Numbered from the stretch's first letter, positions 6,830-15,713 are shown. The stretch: 33,626 nt of DNA from a virus (IMGVR_UViG_3300033487_000029:1-33626), one strand, 5' to 3'. The notes: generated by a model not told the origin, from the letters alone. Numbers and translations are program-made.

Positions 6830-7024
6830 CTAGCGCACCTGATTAGCCGCAGCCGAGCCCGCCCGGTCGGCCTCCGACTGGCTACCCCCCTCAACCAAGA
6901 CGGCCGCACGCGCTTCTCGTGCCGCCCTTGATCGCCGAGCTTTCAGGGCGAGAGCCGAGGGCGATCTAGACTTCGCAGCTGAATCACATGCAGTGCATAT
7001 TGGGTGCTGGCCATAGTGAGTCAT
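6830..7024 (-). CDS. Hypothetical protein (64 aa, Ala/Arg-rich; alternative start 7060)
   Basis: GGAG RBS before ATG 7024; first gene after the leftward sigma54-type promoter. Confidence 0.6.
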   Translation of the reverse strand: MTHYGQHPICTACDSAAKSRSPSALALKARRSRAAREARAAVLVEGGSQSEADRAGSAAANQVR

Positions 7025-7072
7025 GATCTCGTCTCCGTGGGGGTTTGTGTTGCGTTTCATGGTTCTAGGTAC

Positions 7073-7088
7073 TGCAATCTATCGGCCA
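7073..7088 (-). promoter_or_regulatory. sigma54-type (-24/-12) promoter, leftward
   Basis: TGGCCG-N5-TTGCA against consensus TGGCAC-N5-TTGCW. Confidence 0.7.
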
Positions 7089-7279
7089 AGTCACGCTCTA
7101 ATAAATTCGGGTACTTAAGCCGCGTTTCCTATGGGTATTTTGAACCTCAGGGTCAACAGAGATGACCCACCCGGTTTGTGATTTCATCCCATTCGGGTTG
7201 GGTCGTCAACGAAAACCCTGGGGTGTGAAATACCCATACCGGACAACAGGCAACCATGCGAAATTGCTAGGCCAGCTCA

Positions 7280-7295
7280 TGGCGCGCGGATTGCA
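7280..7295 (+). promoter_or_regulatory. sigma54-type (-24/-12) promoter, rightward
   Basis: TGGCGC-N5-TTGCA; exact mirror position of the leftward one about base 7184. Confidence 0.75.
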
Positions 7296-7340
7296 GTATC
7301 TGGGAATATGAAGCGCATGACAACCAACCCGGAGACGAAA

Positions 7341-7589
7341 ATGGCGACCACCTACGTAGCAGCGATCGACGCGACGAACCTCACTGGCGCCGTCTATGGG
7401 ATCGGCCACACCCCCGCCGAGGCGCGCGCGGATGCGGCCCGGTACGGTGCTCATGGGCCGTTCGGCTACGCGACGATCACGTTGGCCGCTCGCGAGTACG
7501 TTCTAGAGCACGGCGGCGCCCCCTCCCACGATCTCGTGGTCAGGCCGAGCACCGTGCACCTCGCCACCCAGGATCATCTCTGGCAGTAG
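7341..7589 (+). CDS. Hypothetical protein (82 aa; alternative start 7308)
   Basis: GGAG RBS before ATG 7341. Confidence 0.7.
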   Translation: MATTYVAAIDATNLTGAVYGIGHTPAEARADAARYGAHGPFGYATITLAAREYVLEHGGAPSHDLVVRPSTVHLATQDHLWQ

Positions 7590-7658
7590 CCCCGCCCTCA
7601 GGGTGAGCCTGGACACTCCAGGCCCGCCCCGAACGCAGGACCAACCCCAGGAGCCGCC

Positions 7659-7892
7659 ATGGAAACAACGATCTACGGAACGGTATTTCCCGAAACAGAG
7701 ATAATAGAGTCGATTTCGTTCGGAGGGAAAACCTACTCAGTCGTAGAGTTGTATCTCGGGGAGCGCGGTAACCCTCCTCGAGGATTCATGCTAGATGATG
7801 GGACCTACGTCGTCGCCGACTCGATCGGCGGCAAATGGGTACATGGGGGTCGAGCGCCTGGACTCCCCGAAATAGTCGAAATCACCTGGTAG
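7659..7892 (+). CDS. Hypothetical protein (77 aa)
   Basis: AGGAG RBS; preceded by a hairpin (about 7602-7630). Confidence 0.75.
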   Translation: METTIYGTVFPETEIIESISFGGKTYSVVELYLGERGNPPRGFMLDDGTYVVADSIGGKWVHGGRAPGLPEIVEITW

Positions 7893-7918
7893 CACAACAC
7901 CCATCCGAAAGGCACCCC

Positions 7919-8116
7919 ATGCCCCCCACAACACCCCCTCAGACCTCCCAGAACCCCCGCCTAGCGACGATCTCGGCCCAGGCGGCACATATCCGCGACC
8001 TGCTCGCTCAACTGCGCCGTGACATCGCCGAGGACCGCTCGCGTAGGAACATGGACGACATCCGTCGACTTTCATCGACCGCGGCCATGTGGGTCGACTG
8101 TGTTCGGGGTATGTGA
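7919..8116 (+). CDS. Hypothetical helical protein (65 aa)
   Basis: AAAGG RBS, ATG 7919; TGATG overlap with the next gene. Confidence 0.6.
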   Translation: MPPTTPPQTSQNPRLATISAQAAHIRDLLAQLRRDIAEDRSRRNMDDIRRLSSTAAMWVDCVRGM

Positions 8117-8499
8117 TGCTTGGCCCGGTCGATGCATATGCTGAAAGCAGTTGGGAGGCCGTCCACAACGGGTGCCTGGCCTACGACATCACCCACAATC
8201 AGGACCTTATGGCCGCGATCGCGCGCGAGGACGCGGCTGGGCTCGCGAAGCGGCGAGCGAAACTGAAGGCGGCGCAGAAAAAGCGGCGTCCGCGCGCACA
8301 CAAGAACGAGATCGGACGCCGGTACGGGCTCCTAAGGGTGGTGGCGAAGAGCACAGAAAAAGTGTGGTACGGCGGCGCACTATGGGTCTGTATCTGTGAC
8401 TGCGGGGCCACCCGGACTGTCCGCGGAGTCGCGCTCCGTAGCGGGGATGTCAGGAGCTGCAGCCGGCTGCGTCACCCGCGTGGCGTCGAGGGTCGGTGA
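8116..8499 (+). CDS. Protein with an HNH/AP2-endonuclease-associated Zn domain but no nuclease core
   Basis: IGRRYGLLRVV...WVCICDCG...LRSGDVRSC pattern. Confidence 0.7.
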   Translation: MLGPVDAYAESSWEAVHNGCLAYDITHNQDLMAAIAREDAAGLAKRRAKLKAAQKKRRPRAHKNEIGRRYGLLRVVAKSTEKVWYGGALWVCICDCGATRTVRGVALRSGDVRSCSRLRHPRGVEGR

Positions 8500-8604
8500 T
8501 ATGTATGGGTCGCGACCCCAAAACATATCCCAGAATGCCTCCATGAACGGGTCGCGGTTTTTCTCGGCGAATTCTAGCATCGTCAGTTTTCGTTCGTCTG
8601 CCAT
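8380..8604 (-). CDS. Hypothetical protein (74 aa), end of the replication operon
   Basis: GGAGG RBS before ATG 8604; 3' part overlaps the convergent gene. Confidence 0.5.
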   Translation of the reverse strand: MADERKLTMLEFAEKNRDPFMEAFWDMFWGRDPYISPTLDATRVTQPAAAPDIPATERDSADSPGGPAVTDTDP

Positions 8605-8777
8605 ATTGGACCTCCAATCATTTCTGGCCGCCCGCAAGTCCCCGCGCGCAAGTCCGTCAAGGATCCATCTTCCTCGACCCTGACCGATTCACCGAGTTGA
8701 CCGAGCCAGATCGAGCCGGCCAGGGCGTGTGCTGGGAGCCAGTCGGCCTGCGGCTGCATGTGGATGACCTCGCGCAT
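8583..8777 (-). CDS. Hypothetical protein (64 aa)
   Basis: GAGGAGG RBS directly after the loader gene. Confidence 0.6.
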   Translation of the reverse strand: MREVIHMQPQADWLPAHALAGSIWLGQLGESVRVEEDGSLTDLRAGTCGRPEMIGGPIWQTNEN

Positions 8778-8779
8778 AC

Positions 8780-9496
8780 TCACCTCCTCAGGGATTTCCC
8801 CTTCACCTCGACATACCTGCCGCATTCGCGCAGTTTGTCCCGGAGTCGTTCACCGTCGGTTCCATAACGCGCGAAAAAAGGCTCGATCGGTAGGTTGAGG
8901 GTGATCCAGGTCTTCCGCCGCCATAGCGATCGGCGGTGTAGCAGGTCCAAAATGTTCGCCAGCGCCCATCCTTTTTCGTCGAGCGGCTCGGCGCCGAGCT
9001 CGTCGACTACGAGTGCGTTGGTATTCTCGAGGTCGGCCCAGAATTCGGTGTCGTAGGTGCCATGACGAACGAGATCCATCCCGAGCACGAACCGAACTGA
9101 CCCAAGAGTCTGCCACGCAGCGACACAGCACGCGATTGTTTTGCCGACCCCTTTGCTTCCGCCGAGGATCAGGATCGTTTTGTCGTCCTGCTTTGAGAAC
9201 TCGATCGCGACCTTGAGCGCGTCGGTCTCGAAGTGGTCACTCAGGTGGTCAGCGGGCGCCCTTGGAATCCGCGACTCCAGGAGCCGGTTTGCGGTCTCGA
9301 GTACAAGCGCGCGCGCCCGGTCCTCACGCAGTTTCGCCTCGGCCGCTTCCCGCTGCGCCTCCCAGTCCGCGCTCCATTTCGTCTCACACTCGTCCCGGTA
9401 CGCCTGATCGGACTCGTACCGTAGTCGGTGTGCCTCGACCTGGGCCCGGATGTGCGGTGGGACGATGTCGCGGATCGGGGTGTGGATGGACCTCAT
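8780..9496 (-). CDS. DnaC/IstB-like AAA+ helicase loader
   Basis: Walker A GGSKGVGKT, Walker B LVVDELG, TWITLNL, RLRDKLRE...GKSLRR; ATG 9496 overlaps the upstream stop. Confidence 0.85.
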   Translation of the reverse strand: MRSIHTPIRDIVPPHIRAQVEAHRLRYESDQAYRDECETKWSADWEAQREAAEAKLREDRARALVLETANRLLESRIPRAPADHLSDHFETDALKVAIEFSKQDDKTILILGGSKGVGKTIACCVAAWQTLGSVRFVLGMDLVRHGTYDTEFWADLENTNALVVDELGAEPLDEKGWALANILDLLHRRSLWRRKTWITLNLPIEPFFARYGTDGERLRDKLRECGRYVEVKGKSLRR

Positions 9497-9843
9497 CGCG
9501 ATCTCCGCTGCATCGGGGTTGTGGCGGCGCGAACCTTGGACCATCCGCGGTGACGGCGCTGATCGTAGCAGGCGCGGGTGACGCCCCATACAGCCAAAAC
9601 CCGCGACAATGGTTTAGGCTGACCGTCGACACGAATTGTCGCGCGATTGACTCTGCACTCCCAGCAACCCTTACTTTTGGCCCGCAGTCCCCGTAGTTGC
9701 CGGAAAAATGTTCCACCACACAACTCGCAGCGGACACGGAATGCTCGCTCTTTGTGACCGGACGCGTACAGGACCGGGGGCAACTCCTGGATGATGGTCC
9801 AGAATCCGAACTTGTCGCCGGGGGAAATCTTGAGCTTTCTCAT
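9493..9843 (-). CDS. HNH-homing-endonuclease-derived DNA-binding protein lacking the HNH core
   Basis: GDKFGFWTII...CELCG...GCWEC joined directly to IRVDGQPKPL...RRHRGWS...ATTP; ATGA-coupled on both sides. Confidence 0.65.
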   Translation of the reverse strand: MRKLKISPGDKFGFWTIIQELPPVLYASGHKERAFRVRCELCGGTFFRQLRGLRAKSKGCWECRVNRATIRVDGQPKPLSRVLAVWGVTRACYDQRRHRGWSKVRAATTPMQRRSR

Positions 9844-10727
9844 ATCGGCCTTTCTCCTCCAGTGAATGCGGAATCGGGATACGCGGGGGCGAAGGCGAGC
9901 TTTTTGGTCTCGCCGTTGACCGGCATAGCCAGGTCGTTCCATTTCGCCGCGAGTTGGGATACGCTTGAGCATCGGGCGTAACCGGTAGCCGTGATTCCTT
10001 TCCTCGCGCGGCCGCGGAACTCGGCCTCAGGGATCGCGAGCAGGGAGTGCAGCGCTTTCGCGTCGCGGGCCCCGAGCCATCGGTACTGTGTCCCGATCGC
10101 CGACACCCATTCCTGTTCCCAGATCGCACGGAGGGGGGCGAACCGGGGATCCGTCTCTTTGGTGGTCTTGCGCTCGCGGGCGACCTCCATCGGGTGGCGC
10201 TTCTGACTGGACACTGACTCGACACTGTCCGCCGAACGGCGGCCGGTGTCGTCCGAGTGGTCGCCGGTGTCTGCTAGTGTGTCGGAGGTGTTCGCGCGGG
10301 ACCGAGACCGAAATTGGCGTTGCCGTTCCGCGGACGTGCAGTCCCGGAACTTCATGAGGTTCAGGACGATGAATCCGCCATCGACCCGCGCAACCCGGCG
10401 CCCGCCATACGCCTGCGTCTTCGAGCCGGTCTCTGGTTCTCCGAGTCGTCTAAGTGCCTGGAGTCCTACCTGTATCCGATCGGGACCGCTTCCAAGGTTT
10501 GCCGTCCGGGCGACTCCAATAGCGGCACCTCGAGCGAACCCGTAGTCGCCAGGAGGAACACTCCATCCTGTCGGCTCGTCAGTAATCGGGTCGAGTTGAG
10601 GCACCTCTTTGTCGAGTTTGAACGGCCGGGCAATCAAGCAACAAGACAAGAACACCTTCAGTTCTTCCCAGTCCGCATCCCAAATCGTCGAATACAGAAT
10701 CGATTCGTCCAGTTTCATGAATCCCAT
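9840..10727 (-). CDS. Phage replication initiator / replisome organiser
   Basis: FMKLDESILYSTIW N-terminus, SAERQRQFR helix, low-complexity linker; lies upstream of the DnaC-like gene; GGAGG RBS. Confidence 0.75.
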   Translation of the reverse strand: MGFMKLDESILYSTIWDADWEELKVFLSCCLIARPFKLDKEVPQLDPITDEPTGWSVPPGDYGFARGAAIGVARTANLGSGPDRIQVGLQALRRLGEPETGSKTQAYGGRRVARVDGGFIVLNLMKFRDCTSAERQRQFRSRSRANTSDTLADTGDHSDDTGRRSADSVESVSSQKRHPMEVARERKTTKETDPRFAPLRAIWEQEWVSAIGTQYRWLGARDAKALHSLLAIPEAEFRGRARKGITATGYARCSSVSQLAAKWNDLAMPVNGETKKLAFAPAYPDSAFTGGERPI

Positions 10728-10740
10728 GCGCTCACCACCT

Positions 10741-10878
10741 CCGTAACAAGACCGTTACGCTCAACCGTTACGGGTGTCAAGCGTTATGTGACAGTAACGG
10801 GCCGTAACGCTCCGTTACGCCTGTAACACACAGAAGCAGAAGCAGAGGCAGAAGAGAGATGCAGATGAGAAGGAGAGG
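10741..10878. promoter_or_regulatory. Iteron-like GTAAC/GTTAC cluster plus purine-rich tract; candidate origin or rep operator
   Basis: Eight GTAAC/GTTAC(T) cores at 10743, 10754, 10767, 10783, 10794, 10804, 10814, 10823. They overlap a leftward TTGACA (10780-10775) and are followed by GAAGCAGAAGCAGAGGCAGAAGAGAGA. Confidence 0.55.
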
Positions 10879-11099
10879 TTTCTGGGACGGGTTGTGAGCC
10901 AAGAACGGCTTGGTGGCATTCTGCGGCTCTGTGGCGGACGGCGTTGAGAGCACTTGAGCGTCTGCGTGACTGAGGCAATGCAGACTCCCTCGTCTGTGCT
11001 GTTTTTGAGCGCCCTGGCTAGTAGTTGATCGGTACAGACAGACGCGCTCGATGTTCGCGCTTCTCGCAATGAGTATTACCACGCGGGCAAAATCGCGCG

Positions 11100-11236
11100 C
11101 ATGTGACGAAAGTCATATGACCCATTCGTGTTGTTACTTTCGTCATATGTGTTGTCTTAGACACACTTGTTTGCCAATTTGGCAAAACGACTCGTTCTTG
11201 ACATTTTGGCAAAACTGGGGTAGTGGTCTTGACAGA
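11100..11236 (+). promoter_or_regulatory. Late-operon control region with palindromes
   Basis: CATGTGACGAAAGT...ACTTTCGTCATATG inverted repeat; TTTGCCAA-T-TTGGCAAA palindrome (11170-11186); second TTTGGCAAAAC next to TTGACA (11198-11203). Confidence 0.55.
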
Positions 11237-11893
11237 ATGGCAAACGGCGAGCCCAAACAGTCCGGGCGCCTCACCTACAAGCAGCGGAGATTCTGCGCTG
11301 AATACCTCAGAGACCAAAACGGATGCGCGGCTGCGATTCGTGCGGGGTACTCCGTAAAGGGCGCAACGGTCGCAGCTACACGTCTGTTAGCCAATGATAA
11401 TATTAGGGAAAACATCGAAGGCCGCGTACAGAGAGTGGAGAAAACGGCCGAAGTAGAGCTTGATGTCGTACTTGTCGAGCTCAAACGTATTCTCCTCGCT
11501 GACCCCTCTGTCGCGCTCAACCCTGCGGGTGGAATGCTCCCAATGCGGGATTGGCCGCTTGATCTCCGCCGTGCGGTCTCAGGGATGGATGTCGAAGAGC
11601 TTTGGGCTGGTCGCGGGGAAGATCGTGTCCAGACGGGAGAGATCAAGAAGGTCAAGTTTTGGTCCAAGACGCACGCGGCCGAGCAGCTCCTTCGGACACT
11701 TGGGGCATTCCACGACCGGGTTCAGGTCGACGTGACCAGTTATACCGACCTGGTTCGAGGTCTCGGGAAGACTGACGAGGCTACGCCAGCCCTCAAGGAA
11801 CAGCCGGAAGCCGGGCAAGAAACTGCGAACAGCGAGCCGGTAGGGGTCGAGTCGCCGGCTGAGCGTCCGGACGCGCCTGGGGGCCAACCTTGA
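11237..11893 (+). CDS. terS: Terminase small subunit
   Basis: LTYKQRRFCAEYL...NGCAAAIRAGYS...ATRLL (Terminase_2-type); ATG 11237. Confidence 0.9.
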   Translation: MANGEPKQSGRLTYKQRRFCAEYLRDQNGCAAAIRAGYSVKGATVAATRLLANDNIRENIEGRVQRVEKTAEVELDVVLVELKRILLADPSVALNPAGGMLPMRDWPLDLRRAVSGMDVEELWAGRGEDRVQTGEIKKVKFWSKTHAAEQLLRTLGAFHDRVQVDVTSYTDLVRGLGKTDEATPALKEQPEAGQETANSEPVGVESPAERPDAPGGQP

Positions 11894-13392
11894 GCGATCC
11901 CGCCATCCTCGCAGCTCAGGAGAAAATGCGTGCGTGGCGCGCGGATCCGATTCTGTTCGTCCGTGAGGTCTTCGGCGCCGAGCCGGATGCGTGGCAGGCG
12001 GACGCGCTTCGGTTGTGTCGCGATAATCCCCGGGTCGGGATGAGCGCGTGTAAGGGGCCTGGGAAGTCGGCTCTACTTGCTTGGATCGGATGGTGGAACC
12101 TCGCCCTTTGGGTAGACGCACAAGGGATCGCAACCTCAATAACGGGCGATAACCTTCGCGATAACTTATGGAAAGAGCTATCTTTTTGGTATTCTAAGAG
12201 TGCGCTACTCCAAAAAGCGTTCGTCGTCCGTGGTGAGAGAATCGAGAACCGCGAGCGGCCGAAGACGTGGTGGCTCTCCGCGCGTTCATTCTCCCAAGAC
12301 GCGGATCCCAAGGCGCAAGCGAACACCCTCGCCGGGCTACACGCGCAACGGGTCTTCTCTCTCCTTGATGAAATGGGCGAGTACCCGATCGGGGTGCTCG
12401 ATGCGGCCGAAGGCCTCTTCGCGGTCGTAGGACAAGAGGCACATGTCGTCGCGGCTTGGAACTGCACATCAACCCAGGGTGCAGCTTATGAGGTCTGTAC
12501 GCGGCGTCGGAACCGGTGGGAGATCGTCTCGATTACAGGCGATCCGGATGACCCTAAACGCTCCCCCCGGGTCGACATTGAGTGGGCTCGACAATGCAAG
12601 CTCGACTGGGGCGAGAACGATCCTCTCTACCTCGTCAACGTAAAAGGCGAGTTTCCACCGCAGGGCTCAGACAAACTCCTGGGTCCGAACGACATCACGG
12701 CGGCCGAGCACAGGGATGCGTCGCCGGCTGCGTACCAGGAAGAGGCGATCTTGTGGGGTCTCGACTGTGCCCGATTCGGGACCGATGAGAGTGTGCTCTA
12801 CAGGCGGCAAGGTCCGATCCTTTGGACTCCGACGAAGTTTCACGGGCTCGATGGCCCAGCGCTCGCGAACCAGGTGTCCGCGGTCATCCGAGCTGATATG
12901 GCGAATGCGCGCGTGAACCCGAACAAACGCGCGCCGGACTACATCTTCGTTGATGTGACGGGCATCGGCTCGAGCCCTTATGATCATTTGAGGCTACTCC
13001 AGTGGCAGTATTGCGTCCCTGTGGATTTTGGCTCCTCGGCCGATGAAGAGCAGTTCGCTGATAAGCGCGCGGAGATGTACTGGCGCGGGGCGCAGTGGAT
13101 CAAGACGCAAGGGTGCCTGCCGACTGGAAGCGGGGAGCTAGGCAAGCAACTCTGTGAACCCTCGATCACCTGGAAGCAGCGCGGAAAGCACACCTGCCGC
13201 GTGCTCGAGAGCAAAGAAGACATGCGCAAGCGTGGCGTAGGCTCGCCCGACACAGCAGATGCGTTTGCGCTCACGTTCTACACAGCGACCCCTGTACGTC
13301 GCGACTGGGCGCCCGGGTTCGTCGGCAATGTACCCGCGTCCTATGCCGCGCAATCAGCCCGCTGCGCCACAACGTACGAGAGGAGCCTGTAG
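11890..13392 (+). CDS. terL: Terminase large subunit
   Basis: Walker A ACKGPGKS, Walker B LLDE, nuclease motifs GLDCARFGTD, VDVTGIG, SPDTADAFAL. Confidence 0.95.
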   Translation: MSDPAILAAQEKMRAWRADPILFVREVFGAEPDAWQADALRLCRDNPRVGMSACKGPGKSALLAWIGWWNLALWVDAQGIATSITGDNLRDNLWKELSFWYSKSALLQKAFVVRGERIENRERPKTWWLSARSFSQDADPKAQANTLAGLHAQRVFSLLDEMGEYPIGVLDAAEGLFAVVGQEAHVVAAWNCTSTQGAAYEVCTRRRNRWEIVSITGDPDDPKRSPRVDIEWARQCKLDWGENDPLYLVNVKGEFPPQGSDKLLGPNDITAAEHRDASPAAYQEEAILWGLDCARFGTDESVLYRRQGPILWTPTKFHGLDGPALANQVSAVIRADMANARVNPNKRAPDYIFVDVTGIGSSPYDHLRLLQWQYCVPVDFGSSADEEQFADKRAEMYWRGAQWIKTQGCLPTGSGELGKQLCEPSITWKQRGKHTCRVLESKEDMRKRGVGSPDTADAFALTFYTATPVRRDWAPGFVGNVPASYAAQSARCATTYERSL

Positions 13393-13683
13393 ATGGGTGG
13401 ATCAGGCCAGAGTTACGAGGAATGGGTCAAGGCGGGCCGGCCGAGTCAAAGCGGGGTCAAGCTGACTAGCGGGAAGACTTTGAGCCCAACGCAAACCTAC
13501 TACTCGCAGATGGACGCACAGGCGAAGGCGGATGCAGCCGCAGCCGCGAAGATGGCCAGTCCCGACTTGAGTGATGAGACGATCCGCAACGCAATCCTGG
13601 CCGAGCGGTCAAGGGCGCTCACGGGAAACAGCCGGAAACGGGCGTTCGCTGTGCGCGGGTCTACGTCGTACCTAGGAGAATGA
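13393..13683 (+). CDS. Small virion-assembly-region hypothetical protein (96 aa)
   Basis: AGGAG RBS; position between terL and portal as in BPP-1-like phages. Confidence 0.7.
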   Translation: MGGSGQSYEEWVKAGRPSQSGVKLTSGKTLSPTQTYYSQMDAQAKADAAAAAKMASPDLSDETIRNAILAERSRALTGNSRKRAFAVRGSTSYLGE

Positions 13684-13686
13684 GCG

Positions 13687-13968
13687 ATGGAAATCCTTGA
13701 TGGAGCGGTTGTGGGCACTGCAGAGGAATGGCGGCGGGTGGCTGATATAGCGACTCACGACGATCACTCGAACCGCAACGACTCCACGGTTGCGGTCATT
13801 GTGACGCCACGGGGGTGGGGTGTGGCCGCGATCGACAACAGGATTGCAACAGTGCGCGGCAAAGACTCGTTCAGGATTGAGCTACGAGGATCTATAGCTA
13901 CCGTTGTGAGTCTATTGTCCAAAGAGTGTGAGCCTAAGATCATCTACAGGGGTGAGTGTAACAAATGA
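13687..13968 (+). CDS. Hypothetical protein (93 aa), AT-richer insert
   Basis: AGGAG RBS; ATGA overlap with portal. Confidence 0.65.
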   Translation: MEILDGAVVGTAEEWRRVADIATHDDHSNRNDSTVAVIVTPRGWGVAAIDNRIATVRGKDSFRIELRGSIATVVSLLSKECEPKIIYRGECNK

Positions 13969-15713
13969 GCACCCAACGGCTCCCAGGCGAGAGCGAGCGC
14001 CAACGCATCATGCGCCGGTACGGCGAACTGAAGGCTGTGCGCGCGCAATGGGATCCGCACATCCAAGACATCGCCGAGAACATCCTTCCCCGGCGATTGA
14101 GGCTCAATCCGCAGGGAGAAATCAACCGAGGCTCGAAGCTGAACGGGAAGCTGCTCGACCCGGAACCGCTACACGCCCTGCGCACCTTGGCGGCCGGCCT
14201 TATGGCGTCGATCACGTCGCCGGCTCGCCAATGGCTGCGCCTTACTACGCAGGACCCCGAGCTTGCCGCCTGGGGGCCTGTGAAGCAGTACCTACATGAG
14301 GTAGAGGTCCGGCTCTCACGCATCTACTCGATGAGCAACTTCTATCAGGCGCTTTCGGATGGTGTCTATCCAGACATTGGCGCATTTGGCACTGCGTGCA
14401 TGGGGATAGAAGAGGACCCTAAGCGCGTGCTCAATTGCGTCTCGATGCCCTGGGGCGAGTACTTCCTTGCGTGCAATGGAGGAGGCGAGGTCGACACATG
14501 CTACCGAGAGATACCATTCACTGTGCGGCAAGTGGTCACGAAGTTCTGTCAGGACGGGAACCTGTCGAGGTTGAGCAGCTCGGTCAAGAGCGCATACTCG
14601 AGGGGGAGCTACGAAGACGTGGTGCTCGTCATCCACGCGATCGAGCCGAACGACGATTTCTCAGGCGACATGATCGGACCGCGCGGGATGAGGTGGTCGA
14701 GCGTCTGGATTGAGAAGGGGGCCGAGGAGGGGAAGTTCCTTCGGAAGTCCGGCTTCAATGAGTTCCCGATCGTGGCGCCCCGTTGGTCTGTGACTGGGAC
14801 CGACGTATATGGTCGCGGGCCCGGGATGGAGTGTTTGCCGGATGCGCGGGAACTCCAATTCGAGACCTCCCGACGCGGCCAATTGTCGGACAAGATCACC
14901 GATCCGCCAATGAAGGCGAGTCCCACATTGCGTGGGAGCCGAGCGACTCTCATCCCCGGCGATGTGACCTATTTGCCAGAGGGGCAGAATGCGGTCTTCG
15001 AGCCGTCCTATGTCGTCAAACCTGAGGCGATGAGCGAGAACCGGCAGACCAGGGCCGAGCTGAAGTCCGCGATCCGGTCGCATTTCTTCGCGGACCTGTG
15101 GATGCGAATTCTCAATGACGATCGACTCCAGCGGGCCACGGCGGAAGAGATTCGGGAGGGTAAGGAGGAGCTCATGCTGCAGCTCGGCCCTGTGCTCGAG
15201 CATTTGAATCCCGAGCTTCTCCGGCCCTCGATCGATATCGGGTTCGCGATCGGACTGCGGATGAACCTGTTCCCGGAGCCTCCTGAGGAGATCCAGGGAC
15301 AGGAGTTGCAGGCCGAATTCATCTCGATCTTGCACCAAGCCCAGAAGGCGACCGGGCTTGTGGCCATTCGGACGCTCTGGGGCGAGGCCGCCAAGATCGC
15401 GCAGTTCAAGCCCGCGGTTATGGACAAACTCGAGGCGGACGCGACGATCGATGAGATCGCGGACATCGTGGGGGTCAATCCGAAGTTGGTGCTCGACGAT
15501 GAAGGTGTGGCTCGCGTTCGGCAGGTTCGTGCACAGCAGGAGTTGGAAAAAGCGCAGGCACAGGAGGCTGCGTCCATGGTCCAGGGCGCGGCTGCGCTCG
15601 GCAAGACACCGGCTCCTGGCCCTGACAACGCGCTGGGCGCCCTCCTCGGCACCATGGGTCCGATGGCGACTGCTGGGCTCGGGCAGGCCGGAGGGTTGCC
15701 CAGTGAGACATGA
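13965..15713 (+). CDS. Portal (head-tail connector), T7/BPP-1 type
   Basis: LAAGLMASITSPARQWLRL, FGTACM, PRWSVTGTDVYGRGPG, TAEEIRE...LGPVLEHL motifs. Confidence 0.95.
   Translation: MSTQRLPGESERQRIMRRYGELKAVRAQWDPHIQDIAENILPRRLRLNPQGEINRGSKLNGKLLDPEPLHALRTLAAGLMASITSPARQWLRLTTQDPELAAWGPVKQYLHEVEVRLSRIYSMSNFYQALSDGVYPDIGAFGTACMGIEEDPKRVLNCVSMPWGEYFLACNGGGEVDTCYREIPFTVRQVVTKFCQDGNLSRLSSSVKSAYSRGSYEDVVLVIHAIEPNDDFSGDMIGPRGMRWSSVWIEKGAEEGKFLRKSGFNEFPIVAPRWSVTGTDVYGRGPGMECLPDARELQFETSRRGQLSDKITDPPMKASPTLRGSRATLIPGDVTYLPEGQNAVFEPSYVVKPEAMSENRQTRAELKSAIRSHFFADLWMRILNDDRLQRATAEEIREGKEELMLQLGPVLEHLNPELLRPSIDIGFAIGLRMNLFPEPPEEIQGQELQAEFISILHQAQKATGLVAIRTLWGEAAKIAQFKPAVMDKLEADATIDEIADIVGVNPKLVLDDEGVARVRQVRAQQELEKAQAQEAASMVQGAAALGKTPAPGPDNALGALLGTMGPMATAGLGQAGGLPSET

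Noticed and set aside
7022-7343. Transposon terminal inverted repeats or a hairpin-telomere (protelomerase) site
   Set aside because: Arms are conserved only in promoter-like boxes, not perfectly; no transposase or protelomerase seen
11051-11236. 62-aa N-terminal extension of TerS in the ORF track
   Set aside because: Covers palindromic regulatory DNA; TerS similarity starts after ATG 11237
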